64,000 nt of DNA from Heteronotia binoei. Its lineage: Eukaryota. Under the pieces are notes generated by a model. That model made no database searches and was not told the DNA's origin. It worked only from the letters and a program-made list of their open reading frames with translations. The stretch lies in assembly GCF_032191835.1 (NCBI RefSeq), contig NC_083233.1, forward strand, positions 37,820,001-37,884,000, written 5' to 3'. The first letter of the stretch is position 1. Each line of letters opens with the position of its first letter. The position numbers were made by a program, and so were the translations under genes. Positions 22,736 through 33,448 of this stretch are shown in pieces.

Positions 22736-25700
22736 ATGGCAGAGTGCCACTTGAAATTTCTATCTCTAAACTGTAATGGGCTAAATAATTTAATTAAGAA
22801 AAAACGGGTTGCCTCTGCCATCTCTCATCAGAAACCAGATATAGTTTTTTTGCAAGAAACTCACCTTAAGGGTAACCAGCCCAAGGTCTTCCAGTCAAAA
22901 TTTTTTGCTCATCAATTTCAAGCTTACGGGTCCTCCAAAGCAAGAGGTGTGGCCATCTTAATAGGTAAATCAGTCCAATTCACTTTTGAAAATTCCTCAA
23001 TTGACCCTAGGGGTCGGTATATTTTTATCAATGGGGTCTTTAATGGTAGCCCTTATACTCTGGCATCGGTGTATGCTCCAAATGATGGACAAATTGCATT
23101 TATTAAAGATACGTTGTCACAACTTCAAACTTTTCATAAAGGGCCCATTATTTTGGGAGGAGATCTCAACTATGTTGTCAATCCTTCTTTAGATAGATCT
23201 CAAAAAAGCCTGCTACCTCTATCTGCCAATAAATGGTCTCAATCAAAAGATTCGAATGGCCAAAATGATTTAGCTCAAATCTTTCAATCCTATAATCTGT
23301 CAGACATTTGGAGAAGCAGGCATCCAAAAGAAAGAGACTATACCTTCTTTTCTTCTCGTCATCAAACTTATTCCAGAATAGATTTTCTTTTAGTTTCGGA
23401 TTCTATTTCTAACCTTTTTTTTAAAGTAGACATTGGCCCAATGATTTGGTCTGATCATGCATGGTTGGAAGGTTATATGTCAGGAATCACTGAAAGATCT
23501 TTTTCTTTTAATTGGAGATTGGATAGTAAACTACTGTCTATGAAATCGGTTACAGATTCCATTGAAAAAGACATTAAAGAATTTTTTCAATTCAATACTG
23601 AGTGTGGAGTACCTCAGCATATAGTTTGGGACTCGTTTAAAGCTGTAATTTGTGGCAGATTTTTGGCTATTGCCTCTTCGTATAAAAAAGAAAAAGACAA
23701 AATTAGATCAGATTTGGTTGCCAACATTACCAAATTGGAAGAGAAATTTAAAAAATTTGGTAGCAAAAAAACTTATTCAAAACTTCTTATAGAAAGGAAA
23801 AAATTAGAATCTTTTGACGTCTCCAAGATTCAAAAACAAATGGCTTATATAAAACAAAAATATTGGTTTCGAACTCCTCAATCCCTTAAACTCCTATCAT
23901 GGAAGGTTAAAAAGAGAATATCCTCAATGGCTATTTCTTCCATTCGTTCTAAATCCGGTACCTTGAAACATTCCACTAAGGATATTGTAGGAGTTTTTAA
24001 AAAATACTATTCATCTCTATATTCCTCCCAGCATCCAGCATCAGACCTTATTTCATCTTTTTTAGACACTCACTCAGTTATTAAGCCTGTTTCTCCTGAG
24101 GTTAAATCCCTTTTGGACAAACCTTTTACTGCACTTGAAATACAGGAGACTATCAAGTCTATGAAATCCAATAAATCTCCAGGCCGAGATGGCTTTATAC
24201 CAGAATTTTATAAATTTTTTAATACTTTGTTGGCTCCCATCTTGGCGGACGCCTGTAATCAGTTTGTACAGTCTGGTTCTTTTCCAGTTACTTGGTCACA
24301 GGCAAAAATCATTCTTCTTCCAAAGAAAGACAAAGACTTGCTAGACCCTAGTTCATACAGGCCGATATCGCTCCTTAATTGCGATTACAAGATTTTTACA
24401 GCAGCCCTGGTGGCTAGGCTTAATACTTTTATAGGGAACTACATTCATCCTGACCAATCGGGCTTTATCCCACACCGTGAGTTAACGGACAATACTAGAA
24501 TGGTCCTTGATGTTATTCAATACTGCCGGAAATTTAATATTGAGTCTTCCTTTATCTTGTCTATTGATTTTGAAAAAGCCTTTGATTCCGTTGAAGTTCC
24601 TTATCTTACAACCTTACTTCAGAAAATGAATTTTGGCCCGAATTTTCTGAAGATAATCCATTCTTTATATAAGTCGCCTTCTGCTATTCTTTCTATTAAT
24701 AATTTGGATTCTGAAGAATTTAATCTTTTCAGAGGGACGAGGCAAGGTTGCCCCTTGTCTCCTCTGCTTTTTGCAATCGCAATTGAACCTCTTGCTAATG
24801 CTATCCGTAATACCAATATTATTGCTGGTATCCCTATTAGAAAGAAACAAATTAAGGTGTCTTTGTTTGCAGATGACCTAGTGCTTTTTGTTACAAAACC
24901 TAAGACTTCTTTACCAGCTGTCTTTGATTTATTATCTGTATTTTCTTCTATATCGGGTCTTCGAGTAAACCCATCTAAAACCATTCTTTATCCCATCACA
25001 ATTTCAGATGCTCTCCAAGATTCCATCTACTCAAATTATCACTTCAAAAAAATGGATAGATATTGGACATATTTGGGGATCAATATACCTTTAAAATTGG
25101 GAGATATTTTTAAAGTCAATCATCATTTATTGATTAAGGACATTCTTACTATGCAAAAGAATAAAAATTCTTCACTCATTCCCTGGAATGAAAAAATTCA
25201 GATTATTAAATCTTTTATTTTTCCCAAATTTCTGTTTTTATTTCGAGCCATTCCTATTCTTATTCCTGAGGACTTATTTGTGGGTTGGCGTCGTTCGTTC
25301 TTAAGATACATTTGGAACAAGGGCTTATCTAGAATAGGGTATGCAACTCTTATTCGTTCTAAATCCTCAGGTGGTCTGGCTCTTCCGGATCTGCATAAAT
25401 TTTATGAAGCTGCCATTTTAGGAGGCCTTGTCAGATACCATGATGCTGATTTAAATTCAGGCTGGAAGGTCCTAGAAGATACCTATCTAAATAACAAATC
25501 GTTTCAATCTACATTATGGGAATTTCCAAAGAAGAGACCTCCTAATATCTCCTCCAACCTTTTCCTTAAAGCCATTTTTCAGATTTGGGACAAACGCCGC
25601 CTCTTTTTAGCCCCTCCTATGTCTCCACTATCTCATTTTATGGATGTTTCTTGGTTTCAACCGGGGTTTTTTTACAAGTCTTTTCCAATTTGGAAAAAAT

Positions 25701-26617
25701 ATAATCTTTATAGGTTTGTGGATATTTTGTCCAATGGAAAAGTGCTCGACAAAAAATCTTTAGAAGAGAAAACTGGTGGGACAAAAATCCCATGGTTTGA
25801 ATACTTGCAAATTAACAACTTGGTGACATCACTCTCAAAGAAATACAATTTCAATCGACCTCTTACTTTCTTTGAATCCTTGCTACAATCTCCTTTTTTA
25901 AAGCGGAAGGGACTGATTTCATTTATCTATAAGGGTTTGCTAGACATTGATGCTGTTGATTTGTTATCCTATCAAGAAATTTGGCAAAGGAATAGTTCAA
26001 TTAATTTTCAGGAGGATGTTTGGCAACAAATCTGGTCATCTCCTTCGTTTGTTTCAAAATCATTGAATATACAATTACAAACTCAAAAAATTTTGTTCCG
26101 GTGGTATTTAACACCTCAGAGATTAAGCCATATGGCGATAAATCAATCCTCCAAATGTTGGAAAAATTGTGGAGAGGTGGGCACATTTATACACTGCTGG
26201 TGGTCTTGCCCGAGGGTGCAGTCGTTTTGGGCAGTAATTGTGGCAAAAATCAAGGATATCACGGGCTATAGTTTACCCTTAAGATTGGAACTCATTTTGC
26301 TTGACTGTTGGAAAGGTATTTCTATTACTTCTCTCAATAAATCCCTGATATCCCTTTTACTAGCTGCTGCTAAAATGGTATTAGCCCAATTTTGGAAATC
26401 TCCCAATATTCCTCCAGTTAAAGCCTGGTATGCTAAAATCTGGGAGGTCTATGCTATGGACAAGATAGCAGATAGTTTATGCAATATAAATAATTCAGAA
26501 GGTAACGATTCTCTGATGTACAAGTGGCTTCCATTTCTTAAATTTTCTTTTAGTCCTGTAGATCAGATGCGTACATGTATTCCTGGTAGATATTATGACA
26601 TTATTAATTTGATGTAA
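22736..26617 (+). CDS. L1 ORF2p endonuclease/reverse transcriptase (1293 aa)
   Basis: APE motifs (NCNGLN, FLQETH, GGDLN, SRIDF, SDH); RT motifs (YRPISLLNCDYK, DFEKAFDSV, GTRQGCPLSPLLF, LFADD); C-terminal CWKNCGEVGTFIHCWWSC zinc knuckle; no stops or frameshifts. Confidence 0.97.
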   Translation: MAECHLKFLSLNCNGLNNLIKKKRVASAISHQKPDIVFLQETHLKGNQPKVFQSKFFAHQFQAYGSSKARGVAILIGKSVQFTFENSSIDPRGRYIFINGVFNGSPYTLASVYAPNDGQIAFIKDTLSQLQTFHKGPIILGGDLNYVVNPSLDRSQKSLLPLSANKWSQSKDSNGQNDLAQIFQSYNLSDIWRSRHPKERDYTFFSSRHQTYSRIDFLLVSDSISNLFFKVDIGPMIWSDHAWLEGYMSGITERSFSFNWRLDSKLLSMKSVTDSIEKDIKEFFQFNTECGVPQHIVWDSFKAVICGRFLAIASSYKKEKDKIRSDLVANITKLEEKFKKFGSKKTYSKLLIERKKLESFDVSKIQKQMAYIKQKYWFRTPQSLKLLSWKVKKRISSMAISSIRSKSGTLKHSTKDIVGVFKKYYSSLYSSQHPASDLISSFLDTHSVIKPVSPEVKSLLDKPFTALEIQETIKSMKSNKSPGRDGFIPEFYKFFNTLLAPILADACNQFVQSGSFPVTWSQAKIILLPKKDKDLLDPSSYRPISLLNCDYKIFTAALVARLNTFIGNYIHPDQSGFIPHRELTDNTRMVLDVIQYCRKFNIESSFILSIDFEKAFDSVEVPYLTTLLQKMNFGPNFLKIIHSLYKSPSAILSINNLDSEEFNLFRGTRQGCPLSPLLFAIAIEPLANAIRNTNIIAGIPIRKKQIKVSLFADDLVLFVTKPKTSLPAVFDLLSVFSSISGLRVNPSKTILYPITISDALQDSIYSNYHFKKMDRYWTYLGINIPLKLGDIFKVNHHLLIKDILTMQKNKNSSLIPWNEKIQIIKSFIFPKFLFLFRAIPILIPEDLFVGWRRSFLRYIWNKGLSRIGYATLIRSKSSGGLALPDLHKFYEAAILGGLVRYHDADLNSGWKVLEDTYLNNKSFQSTLWEFPKKRPPNISSNLFLKAIFQIWDKRRLFLAPPMSPLSHFMDVSWFQPGFFYKSFPIWKKYNLYRFVDILSNGKVLDKKSLEEKTGGTKIPWFEYLQINNLVTSLSKKYNFNRPLTFFESLLQSPFLKRKGLISFIYKGLLDIDAVDLLSYQEIWQRNSSINFQEDVWQQIWSSPSFVSKSLNIQLQTQKILFRWYLTPQRLSHMAINQSSKCWKNCGEVGTFIHCWWSCPRVQSFWAVIVAKIKDITGYSLPLRLELILLDCWKGISITSLNKSLISLLLAAAKMVLAQFWKSPNIPPVKAWYAKIWEVYAMDKIADSLCNINNSEGNDSLMYKWLPFLKFSFSPVDQMRTCIPGRYYDIINLM

Positions 26618-27068
26618 TTAACATATGGACAGAGTACTTATTTTTTAATTCAGCTGCCAAGTATGTATGTATGTGTGAATGTATGTATGTGTTGTTTTGT
26701 TTGTATTTTGTGTATATATATATATTCTGTTTTCTACTGGTATGCTATGCTTATACACAAAGAATGATTGCAGATACAGTCATTGATTGCTTTATTTGTA
26801 TGTTTACTAAATTCAATAAAAAAGTTTTTGGACATTAAAAAAAAAAAAAAAAAAAGCACCAAGGATATGAGACAGAGTGTTCCATCTTACCTTGTGGCTA
26901 ATAGCTACTGATGGACCTCTCTGCTTCATATATTTATTCAATCCCCTTCTAGAGCTATCTATGTTTGAAGTTGCCACCACTTCCTGTGGCAGTGAATTCC
27001 ATGTGTTAATTTCTCTTTGGGTGAAGAAGTACTTCCTTTTATCTGTTTTAAACCTACTGTTCATCAAT

Positions 27069-27455
27069 TTTTTTTGGCTTTTAATACTTTATTAAAGTAT
27101 AATAGACGTTTACAACAACTTGAATTAAAACAAGAACCCAATGCAGAGGCATAAAATAGGCTTACAAATATTTGCACAACATGGAAAAGTGGTGCTTAGA
27201 TTACACTAAAACACTAGTTAGAGGTGACAGTTGACATGTTTCATCAATAATAGCTAGTCAATAATAGGAGACCATATTTGTTCAAAATTAGACACATAAG
27301 GAACATTTTCTCACTGCATTAAGTGATCAGATAGTTTGTCCATGATACAAAATTCAGACAATTTAGCATACTAATCTGAAATAGTAGGCAGACATGCATT
27401 CTTCCAAGATTTGGCTATTAAAGTCCTTGCAGCTTCATACTGTATTTTTATCTCT
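27069..27455 (-). mobile_element. Older 5'-truncated L1 3' fragment
   Basis: Minus strand reads YEAARTLIAKSWKNACLPTISD*YAKLSEFCIMDKL (homologous to the ORF2 C-terminus above), then AATAAA and an A-tail. Confidence 0.7.
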
Positions 27456-28960
27456 TTCTGTACTTCCTCTTATCTGTTTTAAATCTACTGCTCATTGATT
27501 TCATTGAGTGCCCACAAGTTCTTGTGCTGTGAGAAAGGAAGAAAACTACTTCTTTCTCCACCTTCTCTATCCCATGCATAATTTTGTAAACCTCTATCAT
27601 GTCACCCCTCAGTCATCGTTTCTTCAAGCTAAACAGCCCTAACCTCTTTAACCTTTCTTCACAGGGAAAATGTACCATCCCCTTAATCATTTTAGTTGAC
27701 CTTTTTTTGTACCTTTTCCAATGCTATAATTTTTTGAAGTGCAGTGACCAAAACTACACAGTATTCCAAATAAGCCCACACCATAGATTTATACAGGGGC
27801 ATTATGATACTGGCTGATTTGTTTACAATTCCCTTCGTAATAATCTCTAGCATAGCATTTGCCTTTTTTATTGCAGGTGCACAGCACACTAGACATTTTC
27901 AGTGAGTTATCTATCATAACTCCAAGTTCTCTCTCCTGGTCACTGTTCAAACCCCATCAATATCTATTTATAGTTGGGATTTTTTGCTCCAATGTGCATT
28001 ACTTTGCACTTGCCCATATTGAACCTCATTTGCCATGCTGACGCCCACTCGTCCAGCCTTGACAGATCCCTCTGGAGCACCTCACAGTCCTCCCTGGTTT
28101 TCACCACTCTGAACAATTTAGTGTAATCTGCAAATTTAGCCATTCACTGCTTACTCCCAACTCCAAATCATTAATGAACAAGTTAAAAAGCATCAGACCC
28201 AGTGCTGAGTCCTGTCGTACCCTGCTTCTTACCATCCTTCACTGTGAAAACTGCCCATTTATATTCACTGAATTAGCCAGTTCTTGATCCACGAGAGGAC
28301 TTGTGCTTTTACCCCATGACTATTGAGCTTACTTAGGAGCCTTTGATGAAGAACTTTATCAAAAGCTTTCTGGAACACAAGGTAAACAACATCTATTGGA
28401 CCCCTCCCCCCTCAATATCCACATGTTCGTTTACCCCCTCAAAGAACACTAAAAGGTTAGTGAGGCAAGATCCCTTACAAACCCATTCTGAATCTTCCTC
28501 AATAGCTTTTGTTCAACAATGTGCCTACTAATTCTCTCTTTAATAACAGTTTCCACCAACTTACCTGGTATTGACATCAGTCTGACTGGCTTGTAATTTC
28601 CCGGATCTTCTCTGGAAACCTTTTAAAAGATTAGAGTTATATTAGTTACTTCCAGTACTCAAAACTGGAGGTAGATTTTAGTGATAAATTGCATATTTTC
28701 TCAGGAGATCCAGAAGCTCACATTTGAGTTCTTTCAGAACTCTTGGATGTATGCCATCTGGGCCTGGTGATTTGTCAGTTTTTACTTTATTCACCAGTTG
28801 TAGCACCTCCTCTCTCATCACCGCAATCTGACTCAGGTCTTTCAACACCCCTCCTGAAACTAGCGTTTCTGGCATGGACAAGCACCTCCCATCTTCCACA
28901 GTGAAGACAGAGGCAAAAAAAAAGCATTCAGCTTCTCAACCATTTTCCTGCCATCGTTCA

Positions 28961-28961
<1 letters not shown>

Positions 28962-29027
<66 letters not shown>
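28962..29027. repeat. (TAA)n microsatellite forming the tail of a minus-strand L2-like/SINE 3' fragment (to ~29180)
   Basis: About 22 TAA units followed by TTTTTATTTGTATCCCGCCCTCCCC. Confidence 0.85.
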
Positions 29028-29033
<6 letters not shown>

Positions 29034-29866
29034 ATTTGTATCCCGCCCTCCCCGCAAGCAGGCTCAGGGCGGCTCACAACATGTGAATACAGTATACAAT
29101 AAAACTATGTGCAATCTATTATAAATTCATATACAATTTCAATATAAAATCATCCTTAAAATTAATAATAATAACTTTTACCCCTTGTTCGTCCAAGGGT
29201 CCCACTGCCTCCCTGGCTGGTTTCTGTCACTAATGTACTTGAAGACATTTTTATTATTAGTCTTCGTGGGTTGTTGTTGGTTTTTTTGCAATATATACCT
29301 CATCATCCCTTTTTGCTTGTCTGATCAACTACATGAATTTTATTTGCCAAAGCATGTGCTCCCTTTTATTTACCTCACTTGGACTAGCCTTCCACTGCTT
29401 AAAGGAATCCTTCTTAGCTTATACTACTTCCATTACTTTGTTCATTCATCATGTCAGCTTTTTATACCTATTTGTACCTTTCCTAACATGTAGTATACAT
29501 TTTATCTGAGCTAGTGTTTTTGTTTTAAATAGTCACACACATGAACACATAAAGCTGCCTCATACTAAATCATCAGGTTTCCTGAAAGGGCTTGACCCTC
29601 CTTACCTTTCCTTTCAGTTTCTTCTTCACAAGCCTCCTCATATGAGAGAAGTTACCCCTTCTAAAGTTAAATGTGGTTGTGTTGGTCTATTTGGACAACT
29701 CCCTATTTACAGAAATGTAAACTTAATGGCATTATGGTCACTGTTCCAAATGGATGCTGTCACATTTACATCTTCCACCAAGTCGTGGGCATTATTTAGG
29801 ACCAAGTCCACAATCGTCTCCCTCCTGGTAGGTTCAGTTGTGAGGGAAAACCCCTTATAGAACATC

Positions 29867-30351
29867 GTAATCACCAACTTGGTTGCCAGAGCACCTGGAG
29901 AAGTAGCTCACACACGTCTGGCCAGAGAGTGTGAGTAAACCTATCCAGGGGCAAAAGGGACTTATGCAGTACTAGCAGCCCTAATGCTACGAAGGCACTT
30001 GAGACCGGTACAAGAGTGCCCACCAGGAGAACAGATGGCTTCCCGTCATTCTGTATGACGTCCATCTCGGCCATGGAACAGAGGAGGTTGCGACGCCAGG
30101 AGCTATCCAGGCGAACAGTTTTGAAGCATTGACCATGGAATCCACTGTGGAGGGCTAACACCACACACAGCTATCTTCCTGCCATGCCAGACTCCATTCC
30201 AGCGAAGCGAACGGCTCACGTACTCACCAGATGTCATCTGTAACTGCAGGCAATCGACCCACTGCAGGCGTGGACAACTGTCCAATCGCCACTGTCTTTG
30301 TCCAGCGAAACCTTGGACAAAACACTGGTGACAATAGAAGATTGAAGAAGA
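29867..30351 (+). mobile_element. Unclassified 485-bp non-LTR retroposon fragment with (GAA)n tail
   Basis: 8-bp TSD AGAACATC (29859-29866 and 30352-30359); ends GAAGATTGAAGAAGAA. Confidence 0.6.
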
Positions 30352-30817
30352 AGAACATCTTCACCCAGAGCCAAGTGTCTTTTTACTGACTGGGTGTTAC
30401 CTTAGATAACAATTTGGCCATCTATTGTCATCACCTTGGCCTAGTTTAAACCACTCCCATGAACCTCCACCTCAGTGATTTCCCCCATTCTTCTCTGTAC
30501 TGTCACCTTGGAGCATACCCACCCTGGTCCATTTCAACCTGAAAGTTCACTCAGGTAACCAGGACCCAAGCCTGTTCATTGGTCAGTTATGGGCACCCAA
30601 TTAGGTGCCACCAATTAACTCGCTATTGGCTATCGCAGTAGTCCAGCCGTTATGGTCACTGCGAAGCCTCCCCTTTTTGTGAGGTCATGCATCAGCTGAT
30701 CACCTTCCTCCTCCCTCGTACCTCCCATCCCCTAAGGGCTCAAGATATTCCTTATAACCTGTGGACTAGCTACCCACAGGTGTGCTTCTAGCAGTATCCT
30801 AATTCCGCTGTCTAGAT

Positions 30818-31117
30818 GGAGAGCCAGTTTGGTGTATGGAGAGCCAGTTTGGTGTAGTGGTTAAGTGTGCGGACTCTTATCTGGAAGAACCGGGTTTGAT
30901 TCCCCACTCTTCCACTTGCACCTGCTAGCATGGCCTTGGGTCAGCCATAGCTCTGGCAGAGGTTGTCCTTGAAAGGGCAGCTGCTGTGAGAGTCCTCTCC
31001 AGCCCCACCCACCTCACAGGGTGTCTGTTGTGGGGGAGGAAGGTAGAGGAGATTGTGAGCCGCTCTGAGACTCTTCGGAGTGGAGGGCGGGATATAAATC
31101 CAATTTCTTCTTCTTCT
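30818..31117 (+). mobile_element. tRNA-derived SINE (family A) with duplicated head
   Basis: 7-bp TSD TCTAGAT (30811-30817 and 31118-31124); (TCT)n tail. Confidence 0.85.
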
Positions 31118-32481
31118 TCTAGATCCATCCCTGATTCTAAGGCCAAGTTTCGGGTCACCTCTCCCATTTCCTCGCTCATCGCCATTGGAGCCTTCCTTGA
31201 AGACTACGATCGGTAAATATCACCTTGTTCGTCTACCCATGTGTTTCTCTATACCTCTATCTAATTTTCTTAGGACTGTATGTATGATTTTATGAGTATT
31301 TTGATCTTATGTGTGTGATCTATAATTTTCTAGAATTTTAATTGTTTTTACTTAATTAGTGTCCTTGGCATATTTGAGCAATAGTTTCTGGATGTGGAGC
31401 CTGTATATATAGACTCTTGTTCCTTTTAAAGTCAAGTGCCCACCTGTCAATTCCCCAACCTCGGTTTTAAGGGCATTTTGGCTTACACAGTGATCGTATG
31501 CTCCATGACTCAGTCATTGAGAGTAGCTAGAAACCCGATCTGTTTCTCCTGACTTTAATATACACTGACCCAATCAATGTGTGGGCAGTTAAAATCACCT
31601 ATTATTACAAAATTATTTCATCTGCTTTCCTTAATTCTTTTGCTGTTTTTTAAACCATCCTCTAACCTTTGATCTAGTGGGCAATAACAAACTCCCAAAG
31701 TCAAGCTTCTTTTGGGCACATTATTTTCCACTCAGAGCATTTCTGTAACTGAATCTATTTCTCTAACGTTATCAATCTTACTGTATTGTATACCCTCTCT
31801 GACATACAAAGCCACTCCACCTCTGACCCTTCCCTCTTTATTTTTCCAATATAATTTATATCCAGGAATCACTGTATCCCACTGATTGTAGCCATCCCAC
31901 AAAGTTTCTGAAATGCCAACAATGTCTATGTTCTCCTCTGACACTAAGCATACCAGCTCCCCCATTTTACCTCGGACACTTCTAGCACTGGTATATAAAC
32001 ATCCATAATTTCCCACACACGTTAGGCCTGCAACCTTCCTCCTGTGGCCTCTAGCCCTTGTCAGGCTGTCAGTATTGTCACTCTCTCAGTGGCCAGCCTT
32101 AATCCATTTCCCTTTAGAACAGTAACAGTTATCACTTCTTCTCTTAAGACATGAGCCATCCCGAACCAGAGACATTTCATCGCCTATCGGCTTTCCCTAA
32201 AGAACTAATTTAAAAGTGCTTTATTTTAAGCACCAGCAACCTGCTTTCTCAGGACAATTGGAGGCCATCTCTTTTGTACAGGTGCTGCTTGTTCTCAAAT
32301 AGATCCCAATGCCTAACAAACTTAAACTCTTCCTCCCTATACCATTGCCTAATCCACACATTGAGACTCCTAATTTCTGCCTGCCTAGCTGACCCTGTGT
32401 GTGGAACAGACAGCACTTCTGAGAAATCCTGACCTTGAATCTCCTGCCTAGCAGCCTAAATTTTTCCTCCAGGACCACAAG

Positions 32482-32552
32482 GAAAGGAAAGGAAAGGTCC
32501 CCTGTGCAAGCACCAGTCGTTTCCGACTCTGGGGTGACGTTGTTTTCAACCA
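32482..32552 (-). mobile_element. Sauria-SINE-like 3' fragment
   Basis: Same sequence as 42771-42830; reverse complement of an ACCTTT-type tail. Confidence 0.65.
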
Positions 32553-33250
32553 CAAGAGGCAGGTTTATATACACTTATATTGCGTTTCTGAACTGAATGA
32601 CAGACATCAAGGAAGGTTTATTTATAGTCACATTACAGCTTTCCTGTTCTTTACAATGCATGTTATGGTCTATAGAACCTATTTAAAGCAGCCAAAAATC
32701 CATACATCTTTAATGAATGGGTAGAATATTGCTGCTACTAGGTGAATGTGATAGCAGCTTTCAGACAACTATATAATACTATTTGTGGTAAAAAGTGCCC
32801 CAGACAAAAATGAATTTGTTTGAAGCAGATTGGTGATATTTTGTTTGTTTGTAACAGGAAGACAACACTGTGATGTAACATGTGGAAACAGAAACAAGCC
32901 TTCAGGCCATTTGTAATGTTATTTTCCAACAGATCAACTCCCTTTTTTTTTGAAGTGTGCAAAGTGGGTCTAGCTGAACGAGCACTTGTCTTCTCTAAAT
33001 ATAAACACTAATCCTGCCTGGCTATAGTAGTTTTGGGAAGCCTGTAGCTTGTACCAGGAAGAAACAGGCACTTGTCCAGTTGTGGATTAATATATTTTAT
33101 GCCCCCTTTCCAGCAAAGCTATGGATAATTTTGTCAGAAACAGTGCTTAAAAACTGATACCCAGCATCAGGTGTTTCAGCAAGAAGACAACAAAGAGTGG
33201 GACAAAATAGCAAAAAAATATATAAATTCAATAGATTAAAAAGTCCAGAT

Positions 33251-33448
33251 CAGGGTTTTTCTTGTAGAAAAAGCCCAGCAAGAAGTCATTTGCATATTAG
33301 GCCACACCTCTGACATCACCATTTTTTCACACAGGGCTTTTTTGTAGAAAAAGCCCAGCAAGAAGTCATTTGTATATTAGGCCACATCCCCTGATGCCAA
33401 GCCAGCTGGAACTGCATTCCTGTGTGTTCCTGCTCAAAAAAAGCCCTG
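33251..33448. mobile_element. CAGGG(C/T)TTTTT hAT-like MITE
   Basis: TIR-like ends; imperfect 8-bp flanks GTCCAGAT / GTCAGGAT. Confidence 0.65.

Larger units (their letters stand above)
20134..26854 (+). mobile_element. Full-length, apparently intact L1 LINE (6721 bp)
   Basis: Perfect 13-bp TSD AAGCACCAAGGAT (20121-20133 and 26855-26867); target TT/AAGC; G-rich 5' end; open ORF1 and ORF2; AATAAA at 26815-26820; poly(A) from 26837. Confidence 0.95.
29839..31487 (+). mobile_element. Solo LTR (~850 bp net) carrying two nested insertions
   Basis: Starts TG, ends CA; 4-bp TSD CAGT (29835-29838 and 31488-31491); removing it restores the CR1 EN reading ...VMEHTITEPTRRETIVDL. Strand is tentative. 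Confidence 0.75.
19985..32470 (-). mobile_element. Old near-full-length CR1 LINE fragmented by nested insertions (net ~3.5 kb)
   Basis: Collinear minus-strand pieces: ORF1 esterase (32470-32221, ...NVWIRQWYREEEFKFVRHWDLFENKQHLYKRDGLQLS); EN (32016-31492, CLYTSARS, IVGISET, GDFNCPHIDW); EN end and linker (29834-29180, EPTRRETIVDLVL, KYISDRKPAREAVGPLD); RT (28960-27460, KSPGPDGIHPRVLKELK); 3' end (27068-26868 and 20120-19985). Confidence 0.8.

Noticed and set aside
22503-22754. 83-aa ORF in the L1 spacer as a true third L1 protein
   Set aside because: Low-complexity hydrophobic translation of U-rich DNA; kept only as a possible translational relay.
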